Positions 9,634-18,654 of a stretch of 64,000 nt of DNA are shown here, piece after piece (position 1 is the first letter of the stretch; every line of letters begins with the position of its first letter). The DNA is taken from the NCBI GenBank assembly GCA_964584805.1, contig CAZPAY010000009.1:12293-76292 (forward strand). The letters run 5' to 3'. The notes under the pieces are model-generated. The model did not search any database, had not been told where the DNA came from, and saw only the letters and a list, made by a program, of their open reading frames with translations. Source of the stretch: an uncultured Planctomycetales bacterium. GTDB lineage: Bacteria; Planctomycetota; UBA1135. A program made the position numbers and the translations under genes.

Positions 9634-9681
9634 GAGAAGACATGGTATCCGCCCCGCTCGTGTGGGATACACTTGTATGTC

Positions 9682-11100
9682 ATGAGACTCGAGTTCAACC
9701 AAAGTCTACGAATGGAGCAAAAGCTCCTGCAATCGCCTCAAATGATTCAGGCGATGCAGGTGCTTCAGTTGACTTCACCTGAACTGCTTGAGAAAATCCA
9801 AGAAGAATTGCTCGACAACCCATTCTTAGAGGAAGAGGTAACTGAGACAGAAGCCGCTTCTGAGAGTGATTCTTCCGACACAAGCGATGACGAGCCCGAC
9901 ATGGAAAGTGTTGCCGAAATGGATCACATTTTGGAAAGCGGTATCGGAGGCACGAAACAAGTGTCCAGCGAATCGGATGGCTTTGACACGCTTGCACTCA
10001 TTTCCGCGGCACCGACTCATGCCGGCTTAGACACAATCCTGAGTGAGTTGCGAGTGGCCGACACAAGCGATGCCATTCTGCATGATGCAGAGGTGTTGCT
10101 GAGTTTGCTGGACCTCCGAGGTTTTCTACAAGGTGGTATCGCCGAAATCTCGGCAACTACTGGCCTCGCCGAAACCGAACTTCAAATGGCACTTGATGCC
10201 ATCCGGCAAGTCTCTCACCCAGCACTCGGCGCGGGCTGTATTCGAGAGGCCTATCTGCTTCAGATTGAGCGCCTTCCCGAACCTCACCCTCTCGCCGCGG
10301 CATTGGTTCGTGATGAATATGACAATTTGCTTGCGAATCGATTACCTCAAATCGCAACTTCGCTCGGCTGCGAGTTAGACGACATCCGTGAAGCTATCGA
10401 ATTGCTTGCTCAACTTGATTCGAGGCCACTTTCCGAATATGACGAAGAGCCGACATCGGTCATTTTGCCTGATATCTTGATTACAGAATCGACAGAGCAA
10501 GGAGAAAGTAAATATGTGATTAAGCTCCTTCGCGAGGGCGTGCCTGATGTGAAGTTCTTAAGTGAGAGTGCAGTGAAAGCTCTCGAACAAGCCAAAGGGG
10601 ATGACAAGCTTCATCGTTTTTTGATGAGTAAAGTAGAGCGAGCTCGGTGGTTTCTCGATGCCATTCAGCAACGGCGTAACACTTTGAGAAAAGTCGCCGA
10701 AGAGCTGGTCCGCCGACAGCGCGAATTTTTGGACTACGGCCCAGAGCATCTAAAACCACTCAGAATGCAAGAAATTGCCACAGCGGTAAACGTGCACCTC
10801 TCTACGGTTTCGCGAGCCATCCGTGGGAAATATGCGCAAACGCCTCAAGGCATTTTGCCACTTAAAGGGTTTTTCTCTGGCGGGCAAACCACCAGCCGTG
10901 GTGGCAATCGTTCGCGCGTTGCCATTCAAGAGCGCATCCGTGAAATTGTTGGCGCGGAAGATAGCAGCCACCCCTACAGCGATGAGGAAATCGTCCGCAT
11001 TTTGAAAGAACGCGATGGTGTGAAAGTTGCGCGCCGTACCGTTACGAAATACCGCAAGATGATGAATATTCCAGCCTCAACTTTGCGTCGCTCTTATTGA
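9682..11100 (+). CDS. rpoN: RNA polymerase sigma-54 factor
   Basis: Region I MEQKLLQSPQMIQAMQVLQL, an acidic region II, and a C-terminal RpoN box ARRTVTKYR. The ORF-track start at 9163 is antisense read-through of the neighbouring gene. The in-frame ATG at 9682 was chosen. Confidence 0.9.
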   Translation: MRLEFNQSLRMEQKLLQSPQMIQAMQVLQLTSPELLEKIQEELLDNPFLEEEVTETEAASESDSSDTSDDEPDMESVAEMDHILESGIGGTKQVSSESDGFDTLALISAAPTHAGLDTILSELRVADTSDAILHDAEVLLSLLDLRGFLQGGIAEISATTGLAETELQMALDAIRQVSHPALGAGCIREAYLLQIERLPEPHPLAAALVRDEYDNLLANRLPQIATSLGCELDDIREAIELLAQLDSRPLSEYDEEPTSVILPDILITESTEQGESKYVIKLLREGVPDVKFLSESAVKALEQAKGDDKLHRFLMSKVERARWFLDAIQQRRNTLRKVAEELVRRQREFLDYGPEHLKPLRMQEIATAVNVHLSTVSRAIRGKYAQTPQGILPLKGFFSGGQTTSRGGNRSRVAIQERIREIVGAEDSSHPYSDEEIVRILKERDGVKVARRTVTKYRKMMNIPASTLRRSY

Positions 11101-11128
11101 TTGGTTTTGCTAGAATTAAGGGCTAATC

Positions 11129-11710
11129 ATGGCCAACATTCGCGCAAATAAAGCCCGCAAGGGGAATATCATCATCATCGATGGTGAGCTTTTCATCGTG
11201 ACTTCCCACGAGTTCCGTAAGCCGGGCAAGGGCAGTTCCTTCAACCAAATTAAGCTGAAGCACCACACAACGGGCGCTCAGAAGGCCCTGCGCCTTTCCT
11301 CAGATGAGACACTGGAGCTGGCCTACCTCGACCGCCGCCAAGCGACTTACAGCTACAAGGAGGGCGAGAATTTTGTCTTTATGGATATTGAGAATTACGA
11401 GCAGTACTTTCTTACGCCCACTTTGGTCGACGAGGCAATGCCCTTCGTGCGCGAAAACCAACAAGTTGGCGTAACGCTTTACGAGGGTAGCCCACTCACC
11501 GTTGAATTGCCAACAACCGTCGTGCTCAAAATCACCGAGGCCGAGATTGGCGCCCGTGGAGACACCGTCACAAATGACAAAGTTAAGGCCGTTGCCGAAA
11601 CGGGGCTTGAATTAAAAGTACCGCCCTACATCACCACCGGTGAATATGTAAAGATTAGCACGGAAACGGGTGAATTCCAGGCCCGTGCTAAAGAAGAAGA
11701 TCAGGCTTAA
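11129..11710 (+). CDS. efp: Elongation factor P
   Basis: 193 aa with the KPGKGSSF loop carrying the conserved Lys. Length and pattern are typical of EF-P. Confidence 0.95.
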   Translation: MANIRANKARKGNIIIIDGELFIVTSHEFRKPGKGSSFNQIKLKHHTTGAQKALRLSSDETLELAYLDRRQATYSYKEGENFVFMDIENYEQYFLTPTLVDEAMPFVRENQQVGVTLYEGSPLTVELPTTVVLKITEAEIGARGDTVTNDKVKAVAETGLELKVPPYITTGEYVKISTETGEFQARAKEEDQA

Positions 11711-11714
11711 GGCC

Positions 11715-12569
11715 TTATCCTTTTTTTCGTCTCGCTTTTTTCGAAGCCTTTTTCTTCACAGGAGAAGGCTTCGCTTCCTTTGAGCCTTTCTTGGCTTTTT
11801 TCCTTGCCATGCGCTTGGGCGCATTGATGCGAGCTGCACGGCGCTTCGCGCGCGCCAGTTCTTTACGCCATTCCGGTCGAGCGTGAGAGCCCTCTTCGAG
11901 GGCCCGCTGGATAACCGTCGCCGCTTCAACGGGGTCGTCGGTCACATAGAAGAGATCTAAGTCATCTGCCGAGACGGTACCTTCGGAAACCATCGAGCGC
12001 TTAATCCAACGCACGAGCCCACCCCAGTATTCTTTGCCCATCAAAACGATGGGAAAGTTTTCCATCTTATTGGTTTGAATAAGCGTGAGTGCCTCAAAAA
12101 ACTCGTCCATTGTGCCGAAACCACCCGGAAGGACAACATAGCCCAATGCATACTTTGCGAAACAAACCTTACGCGCAAAGAAGTAGCGGAAGTTCATTTC
12201 CAAATCCTGGTATGGATTGGGGTCTTGCTCCATGGGGAGGTCAATGTTCAGGCCAACCGAGAGGCCTTGACCATCTTTAGCGCCATGATTGGCGGCCTGC
12301 ATTGCACCTGGGCCACCCCCGGTAATCACGGTGTAACCGCGCTTTGCGACCTCTTCGGCCGTGCGACGCCCCATTTCATACCATGGGTGTTTTTCAGGAG
12401 TGCGTGCCGAGCCAAAAATCGAAATAGCGGGGCCAATGTCTTTGAGCGCATCGAAACCTTCAACGAACTCACCGAGAATTTTCAATGCCATCCAGGCATC
12501 ACCTTTGTCTTTTGCGCGCAGTTCTTGCAACGCAGCTGCTTGTCTTAATTTACTTTTTACCATTCCCAT
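11715..12569 (-). CDS. LOG-family (TIGR00730-type) nucleotide phosphoribohydrolase with Lys/Arg-rich C-terminal tail
   Basis: Contains the GGGPGAM and PGGFGTMDEFFE (PGGxGTxxE) motifs. The last 46 aa contain 23 K/R. Confidence 0.85.
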   Translation of the reverse strand: MGMVKSKLRQAAALQELRAKDKGDAWMALKILGEFVEGFDALKDIGPAISIFGSARTPEKHPWYEMGRRTAEEVAKRGYTVITGGGPGAMQAANHGAKDGQGLSVGLNIDLPMEQDPNPYQDLEMNFRYFFARKVCFAKYALGYVVLPGGFGTMDEFFEALTLIQTNKMENFPIVLMGKEYWGGLVRWIKRSMVSEGTVSADDLDLFYVTDDPVEAATVIQRALEEGSHARPEWRKELARAKRRAARINAPKRMARKKAKKGSKEAKPSPVKKKASKKARRKKG

Positions 12570-12644
12570 AGGTTACTTCACTTAAGCAATAACCTCCAGA
12601 ATTCTCTTCTGATATCTCTTTGCTATTTCCGCTAAACTGAATCC

Positions 12645-13241
12645 ATGCAAGCGCAAACTTCGCACCCCCGCCCCACTGTCTTCCTAGACAGAGATGGCAC
12701 GATATTGCGTGAAATACCCTATCTGGCGAGAGCCTCTAAAGCAGAGTTGCTACCCGGCGTTGGCCAAGGCTTGGCGACACTTCAACAAGCTGGAATGCTC
12801 CTGATTGTTGTGTCAAATCAAAGCGGTGTCGCCCGCGGCCTTCTTGACGAAGGCCACCTTCTCTCCATTCAAGAAGCGACCCAACTTCAGCTCTCAGAAT
12901 ATGGGGTAAAAATCGATGCGTGGTACCATTGCCCGCACCACCAAAGCGTAGGCGTGGCCCCGCAAAGGCGGCGTTGCCACTGCCGCAAACCTAGAGGTGG
13001 CCTACTCAGCAAAGCCTCGGAAGATTTTCAGATTGACTGGGAGCGTTCCGTCGGGGTGGGTGATGACATTCGAGATTTACAAGCATTTGCTGCACACGAC
13101 TTGGCTACTGTTCTCGTCGCAACAGGCAAGGGCCGAGCCTCACAGCAAAAGCTTGCGGAAGACGGTAAAGAATCCGACCTCTTTTGCGCCCATATCGGCG
13201 AGGCGGCCCCTTGGATTTTGCGTCACGCAAAAACGGCCTGA
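12645..13241 (+). CDS. gmhB: D-glycero-D-manno-heptose 1,7-bisphosphate phosphatase
   Basis: Has the HAD motif FLDRDGT, VVSNQSG, the zinc-loop CPHH...CHCRKP, and GDD. Confidence 0.8.
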   Translation: MQAQTSHPRPTVFLDRDGTILREIPYLARASKAELLPGVGQGLATLQQAGMLLIVVSNQSGVARGLLDEGHLLSIQEATQLQLSEYGVKIDAWYHCPHHQSVGVAPQRRRCHCRKPRGGLLSKASEDFQIDWERSVGVGDDIRDLQAFAAHDLATVLVATGKGRASQQKLAEDGKESDLFCAHIGEAAPWILRHAKTA

Positions 13242-13284
13242 ACTCAGGCCAAATCGCTGATAGAATAAAGCCCACATAGGAGTT

Positions 13285-14250
13285 TTGTCTTTCTCTCCCA
13301 CACATCCCCTCGTGCGTGCTTTGCTACCCGCAGACCAGAGCTCTCTACTTGAGATTCTGTCCCTGCTCTCTCCAAAGCATCGTTTTGAGCTTTCTTCGCC
13401 CCGCCCCGCGCATTGGTTTCAATGGCTAAGCGAGAGTGATCTTGGTGGCTTTGTACTCGATACAGATACTGCATGCGATGAGACCTTAACTTCTCTTGAG
13501 GCAGCGCATGAATATCGGCCCAGCCTCCAGTCCCTCTTGCTCGTAGGCAAGCGCGGCTTAGTCGGCCACGAGAACTTGCTACTTCTGCCGGGTGTTTGCC
13601 TTTTGCCCAAGCCCTGGACACCCTCCGCCCTAAAGCGCTTCATGCAAGCGCAAACTGAGTCGAGTTCCGAGTTGCGTGCTGACGATTCACTTTTCCTAGC
13701 CAGCCTCGTGGAAGACCTCCGAGACTCTTTAAGTGCTTCCACCGGGTACTTGCAACTTTCACTCGATGTCAAGGAGGAGCAGCAAACCCGACTCCTACAA
13801 ACCGCTATTGAAGCCTCGCGTCGTCTAGACGAGCGACTCAATGCCTTGATGCTGGCCAGTGGCTCGCAAGGAGCTCACCCTACCGACATTGACTTATCCC
13901 AAGTATTCCCTGACTCCCTCAAGGAAAAAGTGACCGTATTTGCCGACCCCAAGGTTCTTGCAGCGACATCGCTTGTTGCTATCTCTTGGCTCGAACGATT
14001 CGGCACAGGAGGCAGCCCTGCCCTGGAATTGCATCAAACCGAATCAAGTGTCACCCTCAACTGGATGCTGCAGATCGGCGCACAGTTACCGGACAATCCG
14101 GTGACTCCACCACCCTTCCTGCGTATTCTTTTAGGCAAATTAGCCGAACGCGTCCCTGCTCAACTAAAACTTTCTTATGCCGCAGGTGTGATCCCAACAG
14201 CAGTTGCCCTGATTTGGAACCGATCGTTAAGCAACGCCGACGCGGACTAA
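13285..14250 (+). CDS. REC-like / degenerate histidine-kinase-like protein
   Basis: The N-terminal part follows the receiver pattern (FVLDTD, LPKPW). The middle segment LFLASLVEDLRDSLSASTGYLQL looks like a HisKA H-box with Glu in place of His. The C-terminal part lacks recognisable N, G1 and G2 boxes. Confidence 0.45.
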   Translation: MSFSPTHPLVRALLPADQSSLLEILSLLSPKHRFELSSPRPAHWFQWLSESDLGGFVLDTDTACDETLTSLEAAHEYRPSLQSLLLVGKRGLVGHENLLLLPGVCLLPKPWTPSALKRFMQAQTESSSELRADDSLFLASLVEDLRDSLSASTGYLQLSLDVKEEQQTRLLQTAIEASRRLDERLNALMLASGSQGAHPTDIDLSQVFPDSLKEKVTVFADPKVLAATSLVAISWLERFGTGGSPALELHQTESSVTLNWMLQIGAQLPDNPVTPPPFLRILLGKLAERVPAQLKLSYAAGVIPTAVALIWNRSLSNADAD

Positions 14251-14708
14251 TTGCCGAGCAAGACGCTGCGGTACAGAATGATGTGATAAACCAGCAACAA
14301 CTGGTACAACACTAATGCAATCATGACGCCCTTACGAGCAGAGGGGAAATTCTTAAGAATGCAAAACAAAATGGCGCCAAAGCCAACGCCCAGGCCCTTT
14401 CCGAGCAAAAAAGCCCAAGGCCCTAATCCAAGTAGCCAAAGAGCTACTGGGTTTGCCTCAGCCCCCCCACGCTGAAGATAAATCATAGTGAAGTGAGAAT
14501 CGAGGAGATTCAATGCAAGGAAAAACAGGAGCAAGGCCCACAATCGCGGGGAATATAGATCAACATAGCCTGGTGCACTTTCGCCATCTCTTCGACCATT
14601 GTCCGTGCGGCGCCCCCCAAAAAACGAATAACGAGAGATAAAAGGTGTGGGCTTTTGGCGACGGTCGATGCCGTCCCAAGTTGAGCCCTCTCTACGATTT
14701 TCAGTCAT
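14247..14708 (-). CDS. Small membrane protein with Arg-rich cytoplasmic N-terminus (DUF5658-like?)
   Basis: 153 aa. The N-terminus reads DGIDRRQKPTPF...GGRRTDNGRRD and is followed by 3-4 hydrophobic helices. The start lies 1 nt after the stop of the upstream glycosyl-phosphotransferase gene. Confidence 0.5.
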   Translation of the reverse strand: MTENRREGSTWDGIDRRQKPTPFISRYSFFGGRRTDNGRRDGESAPGYVDLYSPRLWALLLFFLALNLLDSHFTMIYLQRGGAEANPVALWLLGLGPWAFLLGKGLGVGFGAILFCILKNFPSARKGVMIALVLYQLLLVYHIILYRSVLLGN

Positions 14709-14709
14709 G

Positions 14710-16182
14710 CTAAAGAGTGGGTTGACGAATGCGCAAGAGCGTAAAAATCGTCAGGATGAAAATCGTAATGTCTAGAAAAATCGATTGATTTTCGACATAA
14801 TAAATGTCGTAATCAAAATTTTCATGAATGGGGTGAGCACGAGCATCTGACACTTGCCACAGGCCAGTTGCTCCGGGCTTGACACTTAAACGCTGGCGAC
14901 CGAGCTCGTTGTAAGCTTCAACAATAAAGGACTGCTCAGGGCGTGGACCAACGAGAGACATATCCCCCATCACTACATTCCAAAGTTGGGGAAGGTCGTC
15001 CAGCGAAGTATGCCTCATGAAGGCACCAAAGGGTGTAACGCGTGGATCTTTTTTGGATGTGGGCATGGGAGCGTCGCCGCACATATCAAGATACATGGAT
15101 CGAAACTTATACATCCTGAAGGGGCGGCCGCCTTTGCCAATGCGGTACTGCTGAAACAATGCGGGCCCCTTCGAGGTGATGCGCACCAACAGAGCCGTCA
15201 AAATCAAAAGCGGAGAAATCAACAGAAGCCCAGGAACCGTAATCACTAAATCCATGAAACGCTTCGCGAAGGAATAGAACACACGGGTGCGCCTCTTCTC
15301 GGGCGGTGTCAACAGAGGTAAGGAGTCGATGCTCTCTACCGTGTAAGACTTGGTGAAGAAATGGTAGAGCCGCGGGACGACTTGGTATTCAATCTCCAAA
15401 TCCTCAATTGCCTTGCAGAGCATGACCAGCTCGGCCTCTTCAAGTTGAGGTTTTGCGACAAAGACACGACGGATGTCGTTGGATGTAACAATTTGGTCTA
15501 ATTGGTCAATGCCACCTAAAACGGGGAAGCCGCGTACCTTCCGACCATGCATCTCTTCATCAGAATCTAAAAAACCAACAAAGTTGTAGCCCAAAGTTGG
15601 AAAGAGACGCAGCTTTTGCTCCAGTCGCAAAGCCATCGGCCCCGTACCAAAAATAGCGACCTTTGTATTTCCAAAATCTTTTGCATGCAAATAGCTCAAA
15701 AACTTGAACATGAGAGCTCGTTGAACGACCATCACCAAGAAAATGGAGCAAAAGAGGAGAATAAATAATGGCCGGGAATAGCTCTCGATGCTCTCCAATT
15801 CCAAGGCATGATGAATCGGCTCAAGGAAGCGATAAATGGCATGCTCTAGAGGCACGCTGTCTGCCGGCGCCGCTTTTAGGAGAAAAATAGAAGTTGCCGT
15901 AGCAACGAACGCAATAATTGTGGCTTTAAAAAGCGAACGATATTCTTCCACATTCAGAATGGATTTCTGCCAACGATAAAGACCTACAGACCAAAAAGAA
16001 CCGAGACACATCGCGACAATCACGACCATCAACTGTCGGTAAAGACCGAGGTACGCAATATTGGGCGCAATCAAGTCGAAGGCGACAAAACCAAGCCAGG
16101 CCGCCAGTAAAACGCTGAAGCCATCAAGCCAGACCTGCGCCACAATGTAGCAGGTGTCGAAGTTACGGCGAATCCATTTCAT
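14710..16182 (-). CDS. Polyprenyl glycosylphosphotransferase (WbaP/EpsB-type exopolysaccharide priming enzyme)
   Basis: 490 aa with N-terminal TM helices and a central Rossmann-like VAIFGTGPMA. The C-terminal bacterial sugar transferase domain reads KRFMDLV...RITSKGPALFQQYRIGKGGRPFRMYKFRSM...DDLPQLWNV..GDMSLVGPRP. Confidence 0.85.
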   Translation of the reverse strand: MKWIRRNFDTCYIVAQVWLDGFSVLLAAWLGFVAFDLIAPNIAYLGLYRQLMVVIVAMCLGSFWSVGLYRWQKSILNVEEYRSLFKATIIAFVATATSIFLLKAAPADSVPLEHAIYRFLEPIHHALELESIESYSRPLFILLFCSIFLVMVVQRALMFKFLSYLHAKDFGNTKVAIFGTGPMALRLEQKLRLFPTLGYNFVGFLDSDEEMHGRKVRGFPVLGGIDQLDQIVTSNDIRRVFVAKPQLEEAELVMLCKAIEDLEIEYQVVPRLYHFFTKSYTVESIDSLPLLTPPEKRRTRVFYSFAKRFMDLVITVPGLLLISPLLILTALLVRITSKGPALFQQYRIGKGGRPFRMYKFRSMYLDMCGDAPMPTSKKDPRVTPFGAFMRHTSLDDLPQLWNVVMGDMSLVGPRPEQSFIVEAYNELGRQRLSVKPGATGLWQVSDARAHPIHENFDYDIYYVENQSIFLDITIFILTIFTLLRIRQPTL

Positions 16183-16236
16183 GTCAGGGGTAGTGCGGCT
16201 ATTGGCCCGAATGAAGCCTACACCGCGCAGAAGCCA

Positions 16237-18654
16237 CTATCCACGCAGACTTCCTCCCAATCGCTCCGCTGCCTGCGTGACCTTTTTGATGAATTTCTGC
16301 TCATCTTTATCTGCAAGAGTGCGATCGGAGGCGCGCAACATGGCGCGGAAGGCAAGGCTGCGTTGCCCGGGCTCAAGAGTGCCCCCCTCAAATAAGTCAA
16401 AAAGCTCAAGTGAGTCAAGCAGTTTACCTCCGGCGCGGCGTACTTCGACCTCGACCTCGGAATAGGGAATATTCATCGGGAGAGCGAGCGCGACATCAAC
16501 TTTGATGCCTGGGAAGCGAGAAGGTGAGTGAAAGCTTGGCTTGGACGACTGCGAGGCCTTGTAGATCGCGTGCATGTCAAGCAAAGAAATCACGACCTCT
16601 GTGCCGTTAAAATCGAGCTCATCTGCCAAGGCAGGATGCAAGGCGGAAAAAGATCCAAAATCGCTCGCGTCTTTTCCGCGATGAGCGAGTGCAGACATTT
16701 GTAACCGCGGATGAGCCCAAGCCGAAGACTCTGTCGTGGGTTGAAAATGTGCGGTCAGGCCGGCCGAAGACAAAACATCGTCAACGAGAGTTCGGGTTTG
16801 AGCGAAAAGAGTTTGAAGCGGTGAGCCCTTTTCCTGAATTGGAGCCCAACCCAGAACGGCCAGCCAACGACGCTCGATGGGAGCACCACCCTCGGCAGAT
16901 GGCTCATAGCCTTTGGCGAACTCAAACAATTGCCCCGCCGGGCGTTCACGCAAATTGGCGTGGGCTTGATCAAGTAACGACGGGATTGGGTTGCGGCGCA
17001 CCAAACGCACACTGTCAGAAATTGGATTGTCTAAAACGACATAATCTGACAGCTCATGCCCCATACGCTTGACCCAAGCATCATCCAGGAACGAATAGCT
17101 CTGCGATTCAAAAGAATGGTGCACGCCAGCAAGACGCTGTGTCAATCGGTGCTCAAGACGGCGGCGGCCATCGCGGGTGGGCGCAACGAGCGGAGCTTCA
17201 AGAGGTGTAGGCTGAATTTGGTCGTAACCCTGAAGACGGCCAACCTCTTCAATCAAATCGACCTCAGTCGTAACATCTTTCGTGGCTCGCCAGGATGGGA
17301 CTTGCACCGCGAGAGTGCCGTCGGCAACCTGCACATCAAAGCCAAGGCGAGTCAAACTCTCAGAAACATCTTGCGGAGACAAATCCATGCCCAATAAACG
17401 CGCGGTGCGCTCGGGGCATAAAGTCATTCGAGTGTTCGGTGCAGAGGCAAGGCCAGCCCTAGCTGGTGAGCCGTGGAGCGTGGCGTCAGGGCGCGCATCG
17501 GCCAGCAAATAGGCAAAACGGCGCAAAGCCTGCTCGGCAAGACTTGGATCAAGCGACTTTTCAAAACGCATGCTCGCTTCGGAACGAAGGGCATGGCGCT
17601 GTGAAGTACGACGCGTGCGGACAGGGTGGAAAACGGCCGATTCGAGCAAGATTCGCGTAGTTGAATCACCGACCTCTGTGCTGGCCCCACCCATCACGCC
17701 AGCGAGGGCAACCGCCCCCTTGCTGTCAGCGATAACGAGATCGCGTGGATCGAGTTTGCGCTCTTCATCGTCTAGAGTGGTTAACAGCTCACCTTGCGAG
17801 GCTGCCCTGACCGTAATGGCTGGGCTGGCCAATTTCTCAAAATCAAAGGCATGCGTCGGCTGGCCGATCTCTTGAAGGACGTAATTCGTGAGGTCAACGA
17901 GATCATTAACCGGCCGTTGGCCCACAGCAATCAAGCGCTCTTGAATCTTGCTTGGTGCAGGCTTGGGGCCCGTTTTCAAATCAACGCCAAGGCCGAAGTA
18001 GGCAGGGCAGCCGTCTGCATCCGCCAACTCAATTGAGGCAGCGGTCATGCCACTTGGCCAGGCTTCGAGGACAGGCAATGGCTTCAGCTCACGATTCAAT
18101 ATGGCTGACAGCTCGCGCGCAAAACCGTAGTGGCCCCACAAATCTGGGCGATGCGTCAAAGACTTATTATCGAGATCAAGGACAAAGTCGCTCAAACCAA
18201 GGAAATCCACCAGACGGGTGCCGATCTCGGCATCATCTGGTAATTCCATGATGCCCGCGTGCTCGTCAGATAGCTCGAGCTCTCGCTCAGAACAAATCAT
18301 GCCGCACGAAGTCACACCGCGCAATTTGGCCTTTTTGATTTTAAAATCTCCAGGCAAACAGGCCTTAACCGGGGCGAATGCAATCTTGAGCCCTTTGCGG
18401 ACATTAGATGCCCCACAAACCACTTGCGCGGGTTCATCGGCGCCATACTCAACCGTAGTCACCGACAACTTATCGGCATCAGGATGTTGCTCACAAGAGA
18501 CAACATGCCCCACGACAACATCACCAATCGCTTCACCCACGGCTTCGATGCCTTCCACCTCGGCTGTATGCAAGGAAAGCAACTCAGCAATGCGCCCTGG
18601 AGTTTGATCGCTAATGTCGACAAAGTCGCCGACCCAATTTAATGAGATTTTCAT
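16237..18654 (-). CDS. pheT: Phenylalanine--tRNA ligase beta subunit
   Basis: 805 aa with an N-terminal tRNA-binding domain (MKISLNWV...), a B3/4 domain, B5, and a C-terminal anticodon-binding-like domain. It overlaps pheS by 4 nt. Confidence 0.95.
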   Translation of the reverse strand: MKISLNWVGDFVDISDQTPGRIAELLSLHTAEVEGIEAVGEAIGDVVVGHVVSCEQHPDADKLSVTTVEYGADEPAQVVCGASNVRKGLKIAFAPVKACLPGDFKIKKAKLRGVTSCGMICSERELELSDEHAGIMELPDDAEIGTRLVDFLGLSDFVLDLDNKSLTHRPDLWGHYGFARELSAILNRELKPLPVLEAWPSGMTAASIELADADGCPAYFGLGVDLKTGPKPAPSKIQERLIAVGQRPVNDLVDLTNYVLQEIGQPTHAFDFEKLASPAITVRAASQGELLTTLDDEERKLDPRDLVIADSKGAVALAGVMGGASTEVGDSTTRILLESAVFHPVRTRRTSQRHALRSEASMRFEKSLDPSLAEQALRRFAYLLADARPDATLHGSPARAGLASAPNTRMTLCPERTARLLGMDLSPQDVSESLTRLGFDVQVADGTLAVQVPSWRATKDVTTEVDLIEEVGRLQGYDQIQPTPLEAPLVAPTRDGRRRLEHRLTQRLAGVHHSFESQSYSFLDDAWVKRMGHELSDYVVLDNPISDSVRLVRRNPIPSLLDQAHANLRERPAGQLFEFAKGYEPSAEGGAPIERRWLAVLGWAPIQEKGSPLQTLFAQTRTLVDDVLSSAGLTAHFQPTTESSAWAHPRLQMSALAHRGKDASDFGSFSALHPALADELDFNGTEVVISLLDMHAIYKASQSSKPSFHSPSRFPGIKVDVALALPMNIPYSEVEVEVRRAGGKLLDSLELFDLFEGGTLEPGQRSLAFRAMLRASDRTLADKDEQKFIKKVTQAAERLGGSLRG

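Noticed and set aside
9163-9681. 173-aa N-terminal extension of the rpoN ORF in the six-frame track
   Set aside because: It runs antisense through the bEBP gene and has no sigma-54 region I features. The canonical region I begins right after the in-frame ATG at 9682.
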